A program made the position numbers and the translations under genes. The notes beneath the pieces are model-generated. The model saw only the letters and a program-made list of their open reading frames with translations, was not told the origin of the DNA and searched no databases. From Rozella allomycis CSF55 (lineage: Eukaryota): 47,740 nt of DNA. How positions within the stretch are numbered: position 1 is the first letter of the stretch; every line of letters begins with the position of its first letter. This document shows positions 22,973-36,351 of this stretch, one piece after another. The stretch spans positions 62,001-109,740 of the forward strand of contig KE561067.1 of assembly GCA_000442015.1 (NCBI GenBank), read 5' to 3'.

Positions 22973-22983
22973 TAAACAATTGA

Positions 22984-22989
22984 CACGTG
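22984..22989. promoter_or_regulatory. CACGTG E-box just upstream of the OPI1 start codons
   Basis: Lies between the bHLH stop (23027) and OPI1 ATG 22972. Confidence 0.35.
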
Positions 22990-23026
22990 GCTGAGGTGAT
23001 ACAATCACAAGCATTGCATTGTATAT

Positions 23027-23620
23027 CTATGAAATAGAATTTATTGAATTCAATTCTGATAAAATACTTTCTAGGCATTTGGATCGTTCAATAAGCCACT
23101 TTACATAAACAACAGCTTTTAGTGAGGAAGACAGAAAAATTACTTTGAAATAATACTTTTGGTTTTGTTCGAGCGCCATGAAATCCTTCAAATGAGATCA
23201 GAGCAGATAATTGTTCATACGCCTCCTTGATATTCTTTCTTCGTCGTTTCTCGCTTTCTATATGACTTGCTCTTTTTGGAAATTTGTTGCGAGCCTTTTT
23301 ATTCACGGTAAATTGATGAGGATGACTAATATTGGGATTTGTTTGCACTCTTATTAACAATATCAATAGCTACCTTGTTCCAGTGAAACGAATGAAACTT
23401 TTTCTGGAATAGTACCGCGTGGAGACCTTTCAAACTCCTTTCCTGTGACTAATTTTAATTCTAGATTTTCTGCATCATGCTGATCTTGAGCGTTAATTGA
23501 GTAGTCAAGGTGAAGATAATCATTGCTTACAAAAAGATCATCGCATGATCTCATATCAATAATATTTTGCATAAACTCTGATAAAAAACATTGCTCTTGA
23601 GGTGAAAACAACTGCGACAT
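23027..23620 (-). CDS. Ino2/Ino4-like bHLH transcription factor (2 introns)
   Basis: RASHIESEKRRRKNIKEAYEQLSALI...KPKVLFQTVVYVKWL; N-terminal LFSPQEQCFLSEFM helix. Confidence 0.8.
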
Positions 23621-23635
23621 GGATGGCTGAAATTA

Positions 23636-23706
23636 CACGTGAAATTGAAATTTCCAGTCCAATGTTGTCATATTCAATCTGATATAGATTTATTGAAATT
23701 CACGTG
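23636..23706. promoter_or_regulatory. Two inverted UASINO/ICRE-like E-boxes upstream of the bHLH gene (CACGTGAAAT at 23636-23645 on +; CACGTGAATT at 23697-23706 on -)
   Basis: One and two mismatches respectively to the yeast UASINO consensus CATGTGAAAT. Confidence 0.5.
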
Positions 23707-23945
23707 GTAAGCACAATTAGGTTTTGGGAATGTGCTTGTTAATGCCTATTCCTTTGCTGAGCCAATATTTTAGCAAAAAATACCAACGAATATTTGCTAA
23801 ATTACTGAATCGATGACTTCATTTTTACCATTTAGATTTAGTATTTGTTTAATGTTTAAAATAAAATATTGCCCTTGTTGCACCGCGGAATTAATAAAAT
23901 CAATGTTTTTAATTGAATTTGTAAATTTCGATTGGTTGATTATCC

Positions 23946-25156
23946 ATGAGGTTCAAGTCTGCAGTGATTGGAGCAGGGCCTACCGGCATTTGCGCAGTAG
24001 GACATTTGTTAGATTTAAGGCTGTACCCGATTCTTTGGATTGATCCTTGTTTCAATTCGGGTCGGCTATCAAGCTATGAAAATGTAAAATGCAATTTCTG
24101 TGTGAATAGGTTCCAAGCAATACTAAAGTAAAACTATTCATAGAGTTTGCCTTAAATTGCAACACTTTCAAAGAGATAGCAAGTCAAAATGATGATGTTC
24201 TAAAGGCTCTGTTGGCAATGGATCAGGATTCTGGCTGTAATTTAAGTCTCGCAGTGGGCATGACAAATAAATTAACCCAAGGAATGCAAAATTTTCATTC
24301 AAAAAAGGTTACTATGATAAAAGGTACCAAACAATAACCACTGACAAAGGAAATGTCAGATCGATGAATTTTAGTGACATAGTAAGTTAATTTATACTTT
24401 TATTAAAAGTGGTGCATTGAACTCGAAGGATCTGGGGAAAAACACTATTCAGACTCAACTATTCTTGCAACTGGTTCTCAACCACGAGAATCACGCCAAT
24501 TCCCATCAGAAACTCAACATGAAATAATTCCTATTCATTTAGACGTTGCTCTTGATCCTGGAAGGCTAAGTCAGATAATAACCAAGGATGACAATGTGGC
24601 TGTTGTTGGGTCAAGCCATTCCGCCATTTTGGTCTTAAAAAACTTATCACAGAATACATCCTGCAAAAGCATTTTAAATTTTTATAGGGAAGAATTAAAA
24701 TTTGCAGAGTACAAAGATGGTTGGATCCTTTATGACAACACAGGCTTGAAGGGTCAGGCTGCAACGTGGGCCAGGAACGAATTGTCCAAGGTACAAAAAA
24801 TTAAAAGAATAAAACTTCCAAAAGAGAAGAACAAAGAAGAAGAAGTTTATTTGGCACATTTAAGAGGCTGCACAAAAATCATCTACGCAATTGGTTTCGA
24901 AAGGAATCCTTTGCCAATAATTTCAGTTAATGATAGAGTTTGTCGAGAAATAAGTTATAATTCTAAAAACGGGCAGATGAGCGATGAAAATGGACCATTG
25001 GATAACTGTTTTGGTTTCGGCATTGCATTTCCTGAGAAAACAATAGACCCTATGGGAAATGTGGAATACGCAGTTGGTTTATATAAATTTACTCGGTACA
25101 TGAAAAATATTTTCCCAGTCATATTTAAACCGCTTTTAGATAAATTGAATAAATAA
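23946..25156 (+). CDS. FAD-dependent pyridine nucleotide-disulfide oxidoreductase-like protein (3 introns)
   Basis: VIGAGPTG, VPSNTKV, ILATGS.P, VVGSSHSA, WILYDNTGLKG, YAIGF and FGFGIAFPE. Confidence 0.9.
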
Positions 25157-25201
25157 ACACTAAAAATATTCTTTTCACTTTACTCAGCCACTTTGTTTTT
25201 T

Positions 25202-26411
25202 ATGACCCAAGCGCATTCAGTTCTAGTCGGAATATCTTTAGGCACTTATTCTTGCTCTGTGAGTCATTTCAAGGATGGCCACCCTGAAATCATCCCAAAT
25301 GAAGATGGCGATCGTTTTATTCCTTCCGTTATTACATTTACAGAAGATACTATAGTAAATTAATATTCCATTTTTAAAATAGCTTGTAGGGACCCAAGCA
25401 AAAATCCAAGCGTTTAAAAATCCAAGAACTACGATATGTGATTTTATTGGAGTTCCATTCGTCGACTTTGAAAAAAACAAATCCTTTGACAAGGAGAGTG
25501 AAAAGTTCGAATTAGGAGAAAATTTTTACTCTTTTAAAGAGCTTTTGAGAATATATTTATCGACCTTGAAAGTTTCAGCTGAAACTTACCTCGGAAACAC
25601 AATTACCGGGGTTGTCTTGTCTATTCCGTTTTCTTTGTCTAAAGAAGAGCGACTGGTTTATTTAGATGCTGCAAAAGAAGCTTCACTTAATGTCATTCAG
25701 CTACTTGATGACTCATCTAGTTCAATGTACCACGTCATAAACAAATATGCTCCAGAAAAGAATGAAGTGAAGGCGTTAGTTGTGGATATTGGTTATTCTA
25801 GCTTGAAATTAAGCACTTTTCACTCAAAAGATGGTTTACTTGTAACTCCATCTCAAATCCAACACACGGATTTTGGGTCGTCAAGTTTGACAAGGGTATT
25901 ATATAACCATTTTTCAACTGAATTTAAAAGGAAAACCGGGATTGACATTAATGATTACAAGAAGTCTGTGATAAAAATGAAGAATGCAATAGAGAAAACT
26001 AAAATGTCTTTGTCAAATGCTGATGTTTCCAATTGCTTTGTTGAATCATTGGCGGAGGGTGTTGACTTTTCGTCAACTATCAATAGAAATAAATTCGAAT
26101 TCATGTCAGAGTCGTTTTTTAACGGCTTCAAAACTGCTATCGTGCAATCCCTGAACTCTTTTCCTGTAGATATGGTAATATTGACTGGAGCTTCTGCAAG
26201 AATTCCAAAAATTCAATTAATAGCCAAGAATATTTGTGCTAGTGCTACTGTTATTGTTTCACCTGAACCAGAAGCGGACAGCGTGAATGGCGCAGCCACT
26301 CAAGCTCAATTGTTCAAAAATCTCTTTGATTTTCAATTTAAAGAAGATGACGTACTCGGATTAAATGAAGAAGAATGCATTTTGGAAAATGGGTTATATA
26401 AAATCAAATAA
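25202..26411 (+). CDS. SSZ1: Atypical Hsp70 (Ssz1/HSPA14-like), nucleotide-binding domain only (1 intron)
   Basis: VGISLG, PNEDGDRFIPS, VGTQAK, VVDIG, FVESLAEGVDFSSTINR and GASARIPKIQ; ends shortly after the NBD. Confidence 0.8.
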
Positions 26412-26446
26412 ACGTGTCATTAGTAATTTTCACATTTAGTTTTTCA

Positions 26447-27899
26447 ATGTGGATAATCTTTTTTATCCTTATCATGGTTATCCTGCTTGGAAGACTCTTC
26501 AGGACTAAGAAGGTCGTCTTTTTCCATCCCTTTTGTATGTCGTTTGGTGGTGGTGAACGTGTTTTGTATACGTGGATGAAGTTTTTGAAAAATGATAAAG
26601 AAATAATGATTTTAACCGGAGAGAAATCAATAGATATAATGAAAATCAGGGTAAGTTTTTACCTTGTTGAAAATAGGAACGATTTGATATTGATTTGTTN
26701 AATAGGAACGTTTTGATATTGATTTGTTAAACTACCCGATAAAAGTTGTTTCATTGCACACAAGAAGATTATTGGATCCCCTCTTGTAATAATTTATGAT
26801 GATAGTCACAGATTTCCTATAGCAACTTTATTTTTCCAAATTTTAGGTTCTTTAATCATAGGTTTGGATTGTTGCGCCAAATTACTTTTCAAAAGTCCTG
26901 AAGTTCTAGTAGATACAACGGGGTGCGCTTTCATCTACCCAATAATTAAATTGTTCCTTGGTTGTAAAATTGTATCCTACGTACATTACCCTTTCATAAG
27001 GTAAAAATTGGTTGGTAAAATGAGAGTTCCGATATGCTTCAAATGGTTTCAAAAAGGGAATCAAATTATAACAACAAAAATTATATCACTAATAACAGTG
27101 CATTGACACAAGTTAAACTATATTACTACAAAATTCTATCTTTTGTATATTGTCTATGTGGTTCATTTGCTGATGAAATCCTCGTGAACTCAACGTGGAC
27201 ACACAATCATATCATCGAATTATGGCAAAACCCCGAAAAGACTCACATTGTTTACCCCCCATGCGGCATTGAAAAACTAATAAACATTGATATAGTAAAG
27301 CCAAGAAATCCTATAATACTATCTATCGGGCAATTTAGGTATTATTTTGATAAAATTTAAATAAGAAAGGAAAAGAACCATCAGTTGCAAATAGAGGCCT
27401 TTGCAAAATCTAATGCCAGGTCTACGCATAGGTTGATATTAGTCGGCGGTTGCAGGAATGAAGAAGATTATAGTCGCGTCTGTGAGTTAAAATCATTAGC
27501 GAACATTTTAAATGTATCAGAGAGAGTAGAATTTAAAGTGAACGTGAGCTTTGATGAACTGTACAATCTCCTTACCCTTGCAGACATTGGAATTCATACA
27601 ATGCAAGATGAGCATTTTGGAATATGCGTTGTTGAATACATGGTATACTTTGCATAAATACAATTTAGGCTGCGGGTCTTATTCCCATCGCTCATAACTC
27701 AGGTGGCCCCAAATTGGACATTGTCGATGAAAAATGTGGATTTTTAGCTAAAAATGCTGAAGAATATTCGAATTCTATTAATGCCATCCTTTCAATGTCA
27801 ATTAGGAAAAAGCAAATGTACCGAGAAAACGCACGATTGAAGATTGAGCAAACTTTTTCAGAAAGTCAATTCGCCAATAATATAGAATGCTTATTTTAA
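26447..27899 (+). CDS. ALG11: Alpha-1,2-mannosyltransferase Alg11 (5 introns; N26700 overlap)
   Basis: FFHPFC..GGGERVL, YVHYP.ISSDML, NSTWT.NHI, VYPPC, EHFGICVVEYMAAG and HNSGGPKLDIV. Confidence 0.95.
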
Positions 27900-27971
27900 T
27901 AGTAAATATACTTGTTTATGGCAATTTTTGTTATTTTTTCTTTTAATACGCTTGGTGTGGCTAGGTTTAAA

Positions 27972-29304
<1,333 letters not shown>

Positions 29305-29505
29305 AAATAAAAAAACTTTTCTGCATTTTAGCAATAACAATGAATGCCAACCATGCATTATCAGGCTTCAGCTAATGTTCACTAGAACCGACGTATCCTA
29401 CGAAGCGAAAACTTCAAAATAGACCAAAATGCATATTATTTTGCTAGAGAATTTATTGCCTTCTCTGTAAATGACTGATAAATGCATTGCCTTGTCTATC
29501 GAATA

Positions 29506-30563
29506 CTAGTTTGTGTATGGTTCAAGTGTTTTCATCGCTGTAGAATATGCAAAGAATGTAACCGCGTTAGTTGGAAATGCTCTCACTATCGTTGCATTTA
29601 GTCCTCTAAAGAAAAAGTTTATGCCATGATTCTTATAATGATCCTTAAAAACAGCCCATGTATTTCTATAACGAAAAGGTTGATCGAAATGTTCCGACTG
29701 CATGACTGTCTTTACTACGTCAAACGGATAAGTTGTTATCCAACTGCAAATACCCGCCATTCCACCTGCAAACATTAAAAGCATTGGATTTAACTGAGAT
29801 GAGTCTCCGTCTTTCGAAAGTTTTCTGCAAATGTACTCGTAAGATGAAAAATAGGCACCGTAACTTGGCGTTTCACGTAAAATAGTAGCCGATATTCCTC
29901 TAAAACATCCTCGAAACCCTTTAACGCGATAGATTCTAGACAAACAATTAAATGTCCCTTTATATGCATTTCTGTCTCCTTTTTTGACTTGATTCTGAAG
30001 CTGAATTTTGGCTAATTCTGTTGGCCCAGAAATGATGCTGTTCAAAAATCCTGATCCAGCACCGGCAACAAAAATTTGCTCTAAAGAAGGTTTCCTTTCA
30101 TTTCACTATAAAGTTATTACTCTTTGGGATCATTTAATTGGTAATTTAGGATAGATCCATAGACTCCAAAAAGGAATGAGTTGACAAGAGTCACACCAAT
30201 CATTGGCGCTGATATTCCTTTTAAAAGACCTAGAGCCAAAAAATGAAAATAAATCGTTTTACTGATTCTTCTTTGACAATCGTTTTAAAACAATGAATGG
30301 TTCCTTTATACTTTGGGTTTACAACATCTTGACTCTGTAAACGGACCTATTAGATAAGATAAAAAGTATTTAAGTATTTACTTTGACGGTATCAAAAGGT
30401 TGACCTGCTAATACACCTCCAAGACCTTTCATTAGGATATTGCATTGTTACCGGCGAATGTTCCAGAAATAAAGTTAGCTATGCTTGGATGAATGAATCC
30501 TTGTACATTGTAATCATCAGTTGGATTAATTTGCCCCGTATCTAAATTTGATGAATCTGCCAT
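29506..30563 (-). CDS. Mitochondrial carrier, SLC25A29/45 / Ymc-like (4 introns; GT-TG intron at 30237-30262)
   Basis: Three Px[DE]xxK repeats (PFDTVKVRLQ, PTELAKIQLQ, PFDVVKT); RETPSYG and RAFPTN. Confidence 0.92.
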
Positions 30564-30826
30564 TCTCCAATTAGCATTCACTTTAGGTTTTATGGGCCTT
30601 GACCAGGCTTGACAAAAATAGAACGCATGTTTTATGAGATGAACTTCAGTTCAAAAATTAAAGGCATTATCGTGCAGTGACATATATATATATATAGCGG
30701 AATTTGATGCACGAAATGGGGGCTTTAGGAATTCAACTTGAAGTTCAATTATCTAGACCATGCAAGTTCAAAGGGGATTCAACATTAAGCGTATAATAAT
30801 TGTTAAAGAAGAAATTTAAACTAAAT

Positions 30827-33800
30827 TTATTTTTGAATTGGCTGCAGATTATTTAATATCAGAGTGGCTAATGCAGAACCAATTACAAAGTTGCCTTCAT
30901 TTGTTATGTCCTTTAAAGTTGAAATTAAGGTAGAATCACACGGAAAATTTGGATTTTGCCATTGTTCAGCCATTTTTAGTAAAAGTTTTAGTAAATTGAT
31001 TCTAATATTTGGATGATTCTTAAGTTTGTTAATTTTCCCGATGAAAGACTCAATAACGGAAGGAATTGTCAATGAGAAACATATGTCTCTTGAGTCTGTT
31101 ATTAATTTAAACAAAGAGTTGGTTATTGATTCTAAACTCAACGTCGCATAATTGCACAAATCTATTAGAAAAGTTAGGTTTTCATTCAACAGCAACGTTT
31201 TCTCCACATAATCCCTATCTTCATTGAACCAAGAGCAAATGGCTTCTAAAGAATTTGGAGCCCAATATTCATCTTCAAGCATTCCAATTAGAAACAAAAG
31301 CAAATCATTTTCCTTTAAAAGTGGTCGACATTGGCTAGTTCGGGCCATTTCACAAAGAATTGGAATTGTTAGCGATTTTCTACTTCCACCTCCAACAAAA
31401 GTTAGTTTCATTAATTCAGGAATTACATTATTGGATGTAAATCTAAAAATTCTGCTAGAGTTTAACCTGAAGAGCTTTAGGCCAATCAACAAGGCTTGAT
31501 TTTTTATTTCCTCTTATAAAAAACAATAATTCTGTACACTTATAAACGCATAATTTGGCTCCTTTAAACAATCCGCCAGAATCTCAATGTAGTCCAAATG
31601 TTCCAGTAAAGGATGTGAAATTTCCAAATCACATATGTTCCTAAGTACTTTAATCCAGAGAAGAATGTGTTGGTTGCTTAGTTCATAGAATAGTAATTGA
31701 AAATCTATTTATTACGAAACCATATATCATACTAAATAATACAGCATTCGTGCAGAACTTTTCTTTAGTACCATGATCTGCATTTGACAAAAGCAATAAT
31801 ATTGATAAAGCATCCTTGCATATTCCTTGTGATATTTCATCATCCTTAATGCTAAAATCATTTATTATTTCAATAAATCGAAGAATGTGCTGTTCACAGG
31901 ACAATATCCTACAAATGTCATTTTTAGAGAAATGGTGTTTGAAAAGGTTGCCAATGCAGAAAATGCATCGTGCGATAACGCCACGATCGGATGAATTCAA
32001 AACATCTAACATGACTTTTACCCCATCACAGGCAACAAATGTTGCAACTATTTCTTTAAATGAACAAATAATTTCAAGTGAAATGGAAAATGTTTCTAAA
32101 CATTCGTAAAATGGGAATCTTAAAANACATTCGTAAAATGGGAACCTTAAAAGAATAGGAATTCCTCCTAATTTTGAAAACTTGTCGATGTATTCAAAAT
32201 CCTTTCTAACAATCAAAAATTAAAATAATATTATTATATTACTTGATTAAATAAGTTCAAAACGTGTTCTGATCTATAATGTTCCAGGGCCTGGATAAAG
32301 TCAAAATAACCTTTAGATTTGATAAACGGTAAACGGGCTATTGGATACTTTCTAATCCCAGAAACCTAAATAATAATAAGCCAAATATAATACCAAATTT
32401 TCACAGTGCAACTTTATTTGACTTTGTTCATATCGTCCACATTGTAAAAGGGAATCCCAAGACATCTCCAGCCATTTTATTTCTTCTCTTTCTTCAATTG
32501 GCACTACTATGAAATCTTTAGACTCAAGCCTAATTAATTCCAACTCTGCCAGGTCATCAATTGAATCTGCAATCGATACTTTCATTTTGCTTATTTTTAA
32601 ATCCGCGTCATCATTTAGCTTAAATGCCAAATTATAATCTTCATTTTCATCCTCAATAGTAGAAGAAAAATTTATTTTATTAGGCGGACTGGAATTTTCA
32701 TTCTTAGACCCTTGCACAAATTTCAGTAACGTGGAAGCGTCCACGTCATCCCAATCGTCATCATCTCCTTTTATATCGCCTATCATACTAACGTTTTCAT
32801 CGATTAGTGACGATTGGACTATTTGTTTGGATACGTACTCCCCCTTTCGAACCACAGAACCCTCAGCAAATTCGCTATCATCGATAGAATTCACAAATTC
32901 ATCCAAGTGGCCCATGGCTGATTCAAAGTTTTCTTCATCATTAAGCATATGCTATATTTTTCGATTAAGATTATAGAATACCTTTTCATGGCCTTTTGTA
33001 ATCCATGGGTGACGTAGAAGCTTTGAGGCACTCACCCGCAAATTGACATCCTTTTGGAAAGTAAGCATCAGAAAATCTTTAAGAGCCTAAGTTTTAATCA
33101 ATTGGCATTTTGCTACATTAGATATTCCGTCTGGAAGCGGTGGATGCTCATCATTAACGATGCGATACAATGCTGCCATTGGAGACAGATGAAAGTATGG
33201 AGGTTGGCCTTGAATTAATTCAATAGTAGTGCAACCAACACTCCATATATCCGACCCAGTGTTAACACCTGATAATTCAATGACTTCAGGTGCCACTTAA
33301 TTTGATAGTATTTAGCTTTATTACTCCAATAAGGCGAGCCTATTATCATCGAGTCGTCTTGAGTGTCACTAAATCCCACGCTGACACCAAAATCTGCTAG
33401 TTTCACCCGACCATCTTTTGTCGTCAATATATTGGCTCCTTTTATATCTCTATGAATAACTCCTTGGTCGTGGAGAAAACAAAGCCCTTTAAGAACTTGC
33501 GATATATAAAAGCTAACCAATGATTCAGGAATTTTTCCAAACTTTTTACAAATTGTTACCAATGAACCATTTTCGCATAGCCTAACAATCAAAAAATGGC
33601 TCTTTACTCTAACATTATATTCAAGTATCCGTCTTCTTCTGAAGACCCGATATATTCCACAATGTTGTCATGTTTGAGCCGTTTTAACAACTCTATTTCA
33701 GCCTGTTCTAAAGCGTTAATGTTATTACTCTGATAGCTTCCAACTCTGATTTCTTCATGCTTTCGCATTTAACTTGTTTAATCGCTATACAGTTTCCCGT

Positions 33801-33937
33801 GTTAATATTAATGCATCGGTAGACAGTGGCAAATGCTCCCTTTCCCAAACAATCCCCAACTTGCTATCTTTTGGAGCATAATAAATAATTCTTACATATG
33901 ATTTACATATTATTGAACCGGCAGATGTTTTCTGCAT
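30827..33937 (-). CDS. CDC15: Cdc15/Cdc7/SepH mitotic exit and septation kinase with ARM-like C-terminus (10 introns; GT-TG intron at 32214-32242; N32126)
   Basis: [62 protein letters not shown] and FQKDVNLR; C-terminal GGIP block. Confidence 0.9.
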
Positions 33938-34111
33938 TAATAACAATGACTAATTGGTGGCGTAGTCATTAACATTAATTCTGAACTTACCTCGATCAAT
34001 AAGAAGCATAAGTGCATAGCAAGTTAAGAAATAAAATCTAGAATCTTGTTTTTTGCAAAAATGTTCATTCAAAAGGAAATATTCCAAACCTAAATTTTTT
34101 CGTGGCTTAGA

Positions 34112-35651
34112 ATGAATATTTACACGTCCGCTCTTCTTAGAGAAGCGTCCCCACCACCGCGTAAAAGGTTGGGGGATCATCAAAATACACCAATTCCAAA
34201 AAAAGTTCCGTTAGCGGTGGTTTCAGAAAAACCTACCAATGATGAAAGTCTCAATAATCTTATAGAGCAATACCAATATCACACAAAAAAACTTGATGAA
34301 ATTCTGACAAAAATCAGTCTCATTTTAGGCGGACACTCAGGACAGTCTATTCCACATCTTTCTGAATTCGATCAATCTTTCCTTGAAAACTTTGCAAGTC
34401 CTAACGATGATAACGGCCAAAATTTTATTCCAGAAATTTTAAGCTCGCCAAGGAAGGAAGACATTGATAATTTACATGACGATAAAACAGAAATTAACCA
34501 TGTTAGCCATATTTCAAACATTAACATCCACACGAAACAAAAAGTATTTTCTCGAAAACCAAGAGGGATTTACTGTAACCAAAATGGACCATTAATTGCA
34601 GCTTCAAGTCTGGATGGGACTGTTCAAGTTCATGATTACGAGAGTCAAAAGTAAAGACAAAATTAGCATTTCATAGATTGAACTCAACTTTTATCCCTTT
34701 TCCGGGCCATTGGGTAGAAATAATGACGTGGATACCCGCCTCAAATAAGGCTGTTCTGATATCTTCAACAAAAGATACAACTACTCCTTCCAATGTGTGT
34801 TTTGTCCCAGATATGGTAAAAAATATTCTTGAAAATACTCAGAGTTCATCAAATCCATCCACCATACCATTATCTGGGTCTTTAGAGCCAAAAGGGATTA
34901 TGGATATCGAAATTGACCCGAATATTTTTGCAGATAACTTTTCATTTTTTACTTGCTCGAAAGATAAATTAATTGTATATTTTTCTATATTTTTTTATCA
35001 AGATTCAATGGAAGGTCAACGAGGACCTAAAAACTGAAACGAAGGTCGTTCATAACATACATACGACCTTTATAAATAGTCTTAGACTTAAAGACCGAGA
35101 TTTAATTTCTGGAGGGTCCGATTTCAGATTCGTGATTTGGAATTTGGACCGATCAGAAAAATCGTTAGAGTTAAAAATGCCAGGGAGAGTCAATCATGTC
35201 ATGGTTAATTCCAATCAGTCAAATCTTTCACTTTCTTGGTAGAAATTTCACTTAATGCTTACTTAGTTTATCTTTGAAAAACAACCAATTTCGATTATTT
35301 GATCATAGACAACATAAGATTGTAAACGAATTTGGTTGGGAGGAAGTAAAGAGACTTTGTACATAATATAGAGTGATAATTTATCAAAGTATATTTATCC
35401 TTCTTGGCACCAAAATGGTCACATTGTGGCTTGCGGTACAAGCACACTTGAAAGGCCATGTGTGAACATTTGGGATATCAGATTTCTAAAAGATGGTAAA
35501 CCATCGCAACACATAATGTGTCATAGTAATGAAATACATTTAGTCCCAAAAAGGTAAACGAATTAACCAAACATTGTGGCTTCCGAACGGAAAGTCCCTT
35601 GCTACGATTTCGTCAGATTGCTCTATGAGCTTTATTGACTATACCATTTGA
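34112..35651 (+). CDS. WD40-repeat protein (6 introns)
   Basis: SSLDGTVQ, SGGSD.RFVIWN, FRLFDHR, PSWH.NG..VACG, IWDIR and TISSD. Confidence 0.8.
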
Positions 35652-35677
35652 AGAATGGAATAAATATTTTTTTATTT

Positions 35678-36202
35678 TTAAACAAGTGCATCTGCATCTT
35701 TGCTTAATAGCCTATAATTGATAGTTTTGGATTTGGTATACACCATGTAGCAGATAGCTAAACCAGATGCACCTAATAGTGCAAGGGGAAGGCTCAAGCC
35801 CCACCAATCTTCTTCGTTGTTTTCAATGCTTTGACTTTCATCCTCTGATACGGCTTCAATGAATAATAAGTTCTCATCTTTATTTTTTCCAGGGACGTCA
35901 ACAAATATTGGAACTTTTTGATCTGTTTCAGGAATTTCTGTCGTATTCTCCTCATATTTATCAACTTCATTCCCTTTCTGATCAACAATTACGTGCTTAT
36001 CAACATGTTCGATTACTTCTACATTTCCTTGATCATCGCTTATGATGTTGTCAGTTTTGGTCACCATATCCACATAAGATTGGCCAGATATTTGAATGGG
36101 TTTGTTTTCAGTTGTGGTAACTTTTGTAAGAATATTTGGATGAAGCCGACAAAAATTAGTGCTGAAAAACAATACAATCAAAAGGAAACCAGATAGATAC
36201 AT
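35678..36202 (-). CDS. Type I single-pass membrane protein with acidic ectodomain
   Basis: Signal peptide, acidic middle region, one TM helix and a short tail containing YRLL. Confidence 0.7.
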   Translation of the reverse strand: MYLSGFLLIVLFFSTNFCRLHPNILTKVTTTENKPIQISGQSYVDMVTKTDNIISDDQGNVEVIEHVDKHVIVDQKGNEVDKYEENTTEIPETDQKVPIFVDVPGKNKDENLLFIEAVSEDESQSIENNEEDWWGLSLPLALLGASGLAICYMVYTKSKTINYRLLSKDADALV

Positions 36203-36351
36203 ATGTTACAAAGGAGGTGTCTTCTACTATTTATTACACACAATGTCCAATTAGAAGGGCGCGTAGCTAAAAATAGGATTTCCCTACTATAATTAATCCA
36301 TTTGTTTTTATATGTGTTAACTCATTCTAATGATTAATGGATTTTTTATTG

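Noticed and set aside
22664-23620. bHLH-Opi1 fusion gene
   Set aside because: The spliced bHLH frame ends at a TAG (23027-23029) before the OPI1 start codons.
29310-29500. Possible U6 snRNA (ACAGAGAAG on the minus strand) or snoRNA
   Set aside because: The following U6 core (ATTAGCATGG) is absent and there is no convincing box structure.
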